From the NCBI GenBank assembly GCA_051362555.1, contig CM120640.1, positions 61,048,788 to 61,112,787 of the forward strand: DNA of 64,000 bases, written 5' to 3'. Source of the DNA: Lingula anatina (Eukaryota > Animalia > Brachiopoda). Of this stretch, positions 63,893 through 64,000 are shown piece by piece. Numbering within the stretch: the stretch's first letter is position 1; each line of letters starts with the position of its first letter. The notes under the pieces are model-generated. The model had not been told where the DNA came from. It saw only the letters and a list, made by a program, of their open reading frames with translations, and did not search any database. Both the position numbers and the translations under genes were made by a program.

Positions 63893-64000
63893 TAAAGGTA
63901 CATACGAACCGAGCATCGGTGGAGCGTGGATTCCCATTAACACATGTAAACCACTTCTACTAGTTACTTATACGACTCAAATAAATCCGCCATGCCAAGG

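Overview
AT-rich, CpG-poor eukaryotic (invertebrate, probably mollusc/lophotrochozoan; inference) genomic DNA containing four spliced genes arranged as two head-to-head pairs that meet tail-to-tail. They are a furin-type proprotein convertase (-, ~2.2-29.5 kb), a RAI14/UACA/ANKRD24-family ankyrin + coiled-coil gene (+, 32.7-49.3 kb), METTL25B/RRNAD1 (-, 51.3-55.5 kb) and PGGT1B (+, 55.6 kb to the window end; last exon outside). I walked all exons by hand using GT-AG sites and phase continuity. Introns carry many non-autonomous DNA elements (Harbinger-, Kolobok- and hAT-like MITEs, Helentron-like elements, one with a tRNA-like Pol III unit). No prokaryotic features or CRISPR arrays are present. 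The most notable observations are: (1) duplicated P-domain-ending exons giving furin isoforms with GPI-signal-like C-termini and a possibly dual-coding exon; (2) a candidate 40-nt stop/restart exon right after the furin prodomain; (3) a palindromic two-strand AATAAA between the convergent genes; (4) only 75 bp between the METTL25B and PGGT1B start codons; (5) a tRNA-carrying element flanked by a perfect 34-bp duplication. All isoform and regulatory claims are inferences that need RNA data.
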